NCBI RefSeq assembly: GCF_000181795.1
Contig: NW_003526943.1
Location: forward strand, 5,635,806-5,699,805
Origin: Trichinella spiralis
Taxonomy: Eukaryota
Direction: 5' to 3'
DNA: 64,000 nt
The position numbers and the translations under genes were made by a program. Shown here in pieces: positions 60,602 to 64,000 of this stretch (the stretch's first letter is position 1; every line of letters begins with the position of its first letter). A model generated the notes under the pieces. That model was not told where the DNA came from and made no database searches. It was given only the letters and a program-made list of their open reading frames with translations.

Positions 60602-63600
60602 TTTGCTAGTTCAAATAAAATTATGTAGTAGAAACAAAAATTTCAATTCAAACTCTAAGTTTTTAGCAATATAACAAAATAACATTAAACTCTACACCAA
60701 AAGCAAATATAAATAAAATGAATTTTGAGAAAAAAACTTTTAATAATTGAATAATATTTTAGATGAAAATTAAAATTTTTTAATCAAAGAACATACAATT
60801 TCAGTTATATTCAAATATATTGCACACATTTAATTAAAAATCAGCAATAAAACATCAATAGCAACGTACTGTTAAAATTACCTATATTTTCTATTTTTAT
60901 TGAAAAACAGAGCAAATATGTCTATAACTTCTTAAGTTCCTCAGTAAAACCAAACCTATTTTTAAAAATGTATAATTTCTATTTCAAAGTTTTGCTTCAA
61001 ATGTTTTACAAGCTATGATGTATTTTAGCTATCGTTTAAATACAACTGCTAGAAGGAGAGCACAAGTTGCAAAAGACAAAAAAAGTGAGACACTTCACAT
61101 AGGAGACGTTAATTCTGCCATCAAGACTATGAAATGAGCAATATTTTAGTAAAGTCAAAATTTTGCTCTCATCTACTTTTCCTTATGAACTAAAAAATTA
61201 TACTGTTACATAACTTGGTAAAATATTACGCTACATTGTGGACAACTAAAAATTTTATAATGCAAAGAACGTGAAGAATTACTCATTGGAAAACATACAT
61301 TTTGAATAAATTCTGGTCATCCGATGCAAGTTTCTTGAACAACTGCGAAGAATTGCAGCGTTCTCAAATTGTAATTTAATAAAATAAAAAAAGCTACATT
61401 AAATTCATAAAAATTTTCCATGTAAATATAGTATAAAAAGTAAGACAATACCTGTCACGTTCGGCGTTTTAAGTTGTAAACGCAATTGCAGGTTTGTGAG
61501 CAGTATACTGTAATATTTGAAATTTGCAATACTTAATTTTCTTTGAACTACTTGTTGATGATAAAAATTATAAATGGACATGAGAAAATGTAAAATGAAA
61601 TGAAATGAAATTAATATGCTATTGAAAAATAAAATAATAAATTTATCAATGCATTTTAAATATAAAATTTACAAGTAAAGGAACAAATAAAGAGAAAATT
61701 GATTATCATATTTTAACTAAATACACATCAGAAGTCGACATAATTATTCTGATGCCAATGAATGGATTTCATTAATCAGTAACTTCAAAGAATAATATTT
61801 AATTTTAATTATTGCGCTATTTAAACTGTGCGCATGTTGATATGTTTTATGGAATTTATTATGAATAAATTTTATTTTAAATCAGATAATTTTGATTAGA
61901 AATTTCGCCAATAGTTTGTCATAATTTGTTCTGAAATAAGATTAATAATGAATAGTTTTACATATTTATCAATTTCTAAATTTTATTATAACTTTCTGCT
62001 GCCGTGCAACTTTGGACAAAACTTTACTATTGTTAATTTAGATCACATTTTCTGTTTAGCCTTCACGACGATGTGTCATCCGTGACCTGTTTGTCATAAG
62101 TTGATGAAATATTTTTACATTTTAATGAATACGAATACAGCATTAATTGCATTTTTTTCATAACTTATGTCTAATAAATTATCTTTATTTCAGTTATCCG
62201 TATAAAATTTAAATTGACTTGAAAATTGGATTGTTTGTAAATATTATTTAAAAATATAACAAATCTTAAAAAAATTTTAATTTTCTCATAATTTTTTTTG
62301 CAAGATTTTGTCTTGCAATTTGAATGCAATTTATGAATAAGGGAAATTTTGAAAACAATAACAGAATGATCATTTCAAGTATAGAATATTTGCAAAAGCT
62401 TGGCAAAGCCAACATTATTGAAATAATAATAATTTCATCTTTTGCTCTATAATCATGCTGAAATGCTGACGAAAATGTTTGTTGACTTATTTTTGCACAT
62501 TCTTTGGCTAAGGTTTTCCCGTTTATTCATCGTCATAAAATGCGGTCATGCTTGTTACAACTGTCGACAAGGAAATTTGACAAAATTTCAGTGGGAAAAA
62601 ATTCTTGGGAAAAAACTTTTTTTTTAATTAATTTATTTGTTTTGCAAAATTCATTTTCAAATTTTTTGTCTATTTTATCATGGAAGCGTGGAATTATCAT
62701 TTCAGCTACAGTTATTTCAGTTGGATGTGCTTTGCTTATTCAATTGAACAGCAAACAAATTTCAAATTTTCCAAACTAATATCCCAAAAGCAATTTTATG
62801 AGAAAAAAAATATATATTCTATACTCTATATATTATGTTATTATGAAAATTTTAAATGTACAACTTTGACATAAAATTATATATCATTCATTTATTATTT
62901 CATTTTTTAATCGTTTTTACAAAACATATTTTTTCTATACATATATTTCCATCTTTATTTTAAATGGAAATTTTAAAAATTGAATAATTTCTTCATATCA
63001 CTAATAAGTGAAGAACATTTGGATGTTCATCTGATATTTCAATTTTGATGCATGCAAAATGATATTCAAAAATTCCATTTGCCAAGTATCAATGATGATG
63101 CATGAATTTATTTCTTGAATGCCATTAAAATTTTGTTCTTTTTTTGTAAATGAATTTTCCAAATCTATAAAATATTTTACATATGAGAGAAAATATGATT
63201 TTAATTTAATTTTCTCTTTCATCGATTATGAATATGATTTCTAAAAACTGATAAAAAACTATTTCAATAATGACGATGTTGTGCTTTCAAAAAACATTAG
63301 TACTGTATGATGAATTGCTTTTTATTTCATGATTTCTGCGGTGTGATATTTCAATACCAAGATAAAGTGAAAAATGAAATAATATGTGATTCAATGTTTG
63401 TATTCTTTTTTTTTGTTTAAAATGAAATTTAACTTCTCAAATTTTTTTTCTATTGCATTGCACTTCATGTTGCTGGTATTGTTGTATTTCGTTGGCGGTT
63501 CTGGTAAAGAGAATGCTCTTTTTATTATTTAAATATCTAAACTGGAGAATTGGTTAAATTGAACTAGTTGAAAGCTGATATAATAGGTAAATTTCCAACA

Positions 63601-64000
63601 TATGTGTGCGTTGAAATGAAATTTTTGATCATTACTTTTGTGACATGCATTGTTCAGAAAGTGAATAATGTGGACAAAATTAAATTTATTCAATAAATAA
63701 ACATTTAAATAAATAAAAAAAACAATATGATAGTGATTTGTTGACCGATTTATCATCTAGGGCATTGACGTGGATAGTGAAGTGGTGTCGTGGATGGATA
63801 CTTTTGCTTTTTGTTCTTCAATTTGACCACCGCAAGCCGTTTATGCTACAACAATGAGTATGAGTATAGAAGAAACTGGTTGGTTTGCAAAGAGATGATT
63901 CATTATTAGTTGGTGTGAAAAATTGTTCTCAATTTATGTTCATTATGATTATGATTATTATTAAATTGAAATCGACTCTCAGACTTGTCACTTGACTGAC

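Noticed and set aside
60880..62110. Exon-like GC-richer patches on the minus strand upstream of the CDCA3-like ORF
   Set aside because: I could not assemble a consistent reading frame; they may be UTR exons.
63422..63503. Signal-peptide-like exon MKFNFSNFFSIALHFMLLVLLYFVGGS with a GTAAAG donor
   Set aside because: Splicing to the next acceptor (63760) hits an immediate stop. A partner exon may lie outside the window, so no call is made.
1..64000. CRISPR arrays, rRNA, tRNA, prokaryotic operons or defence systems
   Set aside because: None seen; the sequence is spliced eukaryotic DNA with no regularly spaced repeat-spacer array.

Overview
AT-rich eukaryotic genomic DNA with short GT-AG introns. 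Gene content (acn-1-type ACE, trp-1-type TRPC, eve/vab-7) points to a nematode, probably clade I such as Trichinella; that assignment is inference. In order, the window holds: the 3' end of mRpL4 (+); intronless eIF1A (+); a 10-exon orphan gene I assembled by hand (-); a degraded Ty3/gypsy element with diverged LTR-like ends; a three-exon COA5/Pet191 gene missing from the ORF track, whose stop lies 27 nt upstream of and in frame with the ATG of TTC7 (+); intronless XPR1 (-), tail-to-tail with TTC7, both strongly GC3-rich; a catalytically dead ACE homologue (acn-1 type, -) with a GC-AG intron; a ~9.7 kb gene-free interval; an even-skipped homeobox gene (+); NudE (-); an OVCA2/FSH1 hydrolase (-); a TRPC channel (+) with two candidate N-termini and a perfect 154-bp inverted repeat in its first intron; and a CDCA3/Tome-1-motif protein (-). 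The strongest leads are the COA5-TTC7 dicistronic arrangement, the inverted repeat, the coding-only GC3 island and a candidate H/ACA snoRNA between mRpL4 and eIF1A. All exon models were read by eye and homologies come from recalled motifs, not database searches.
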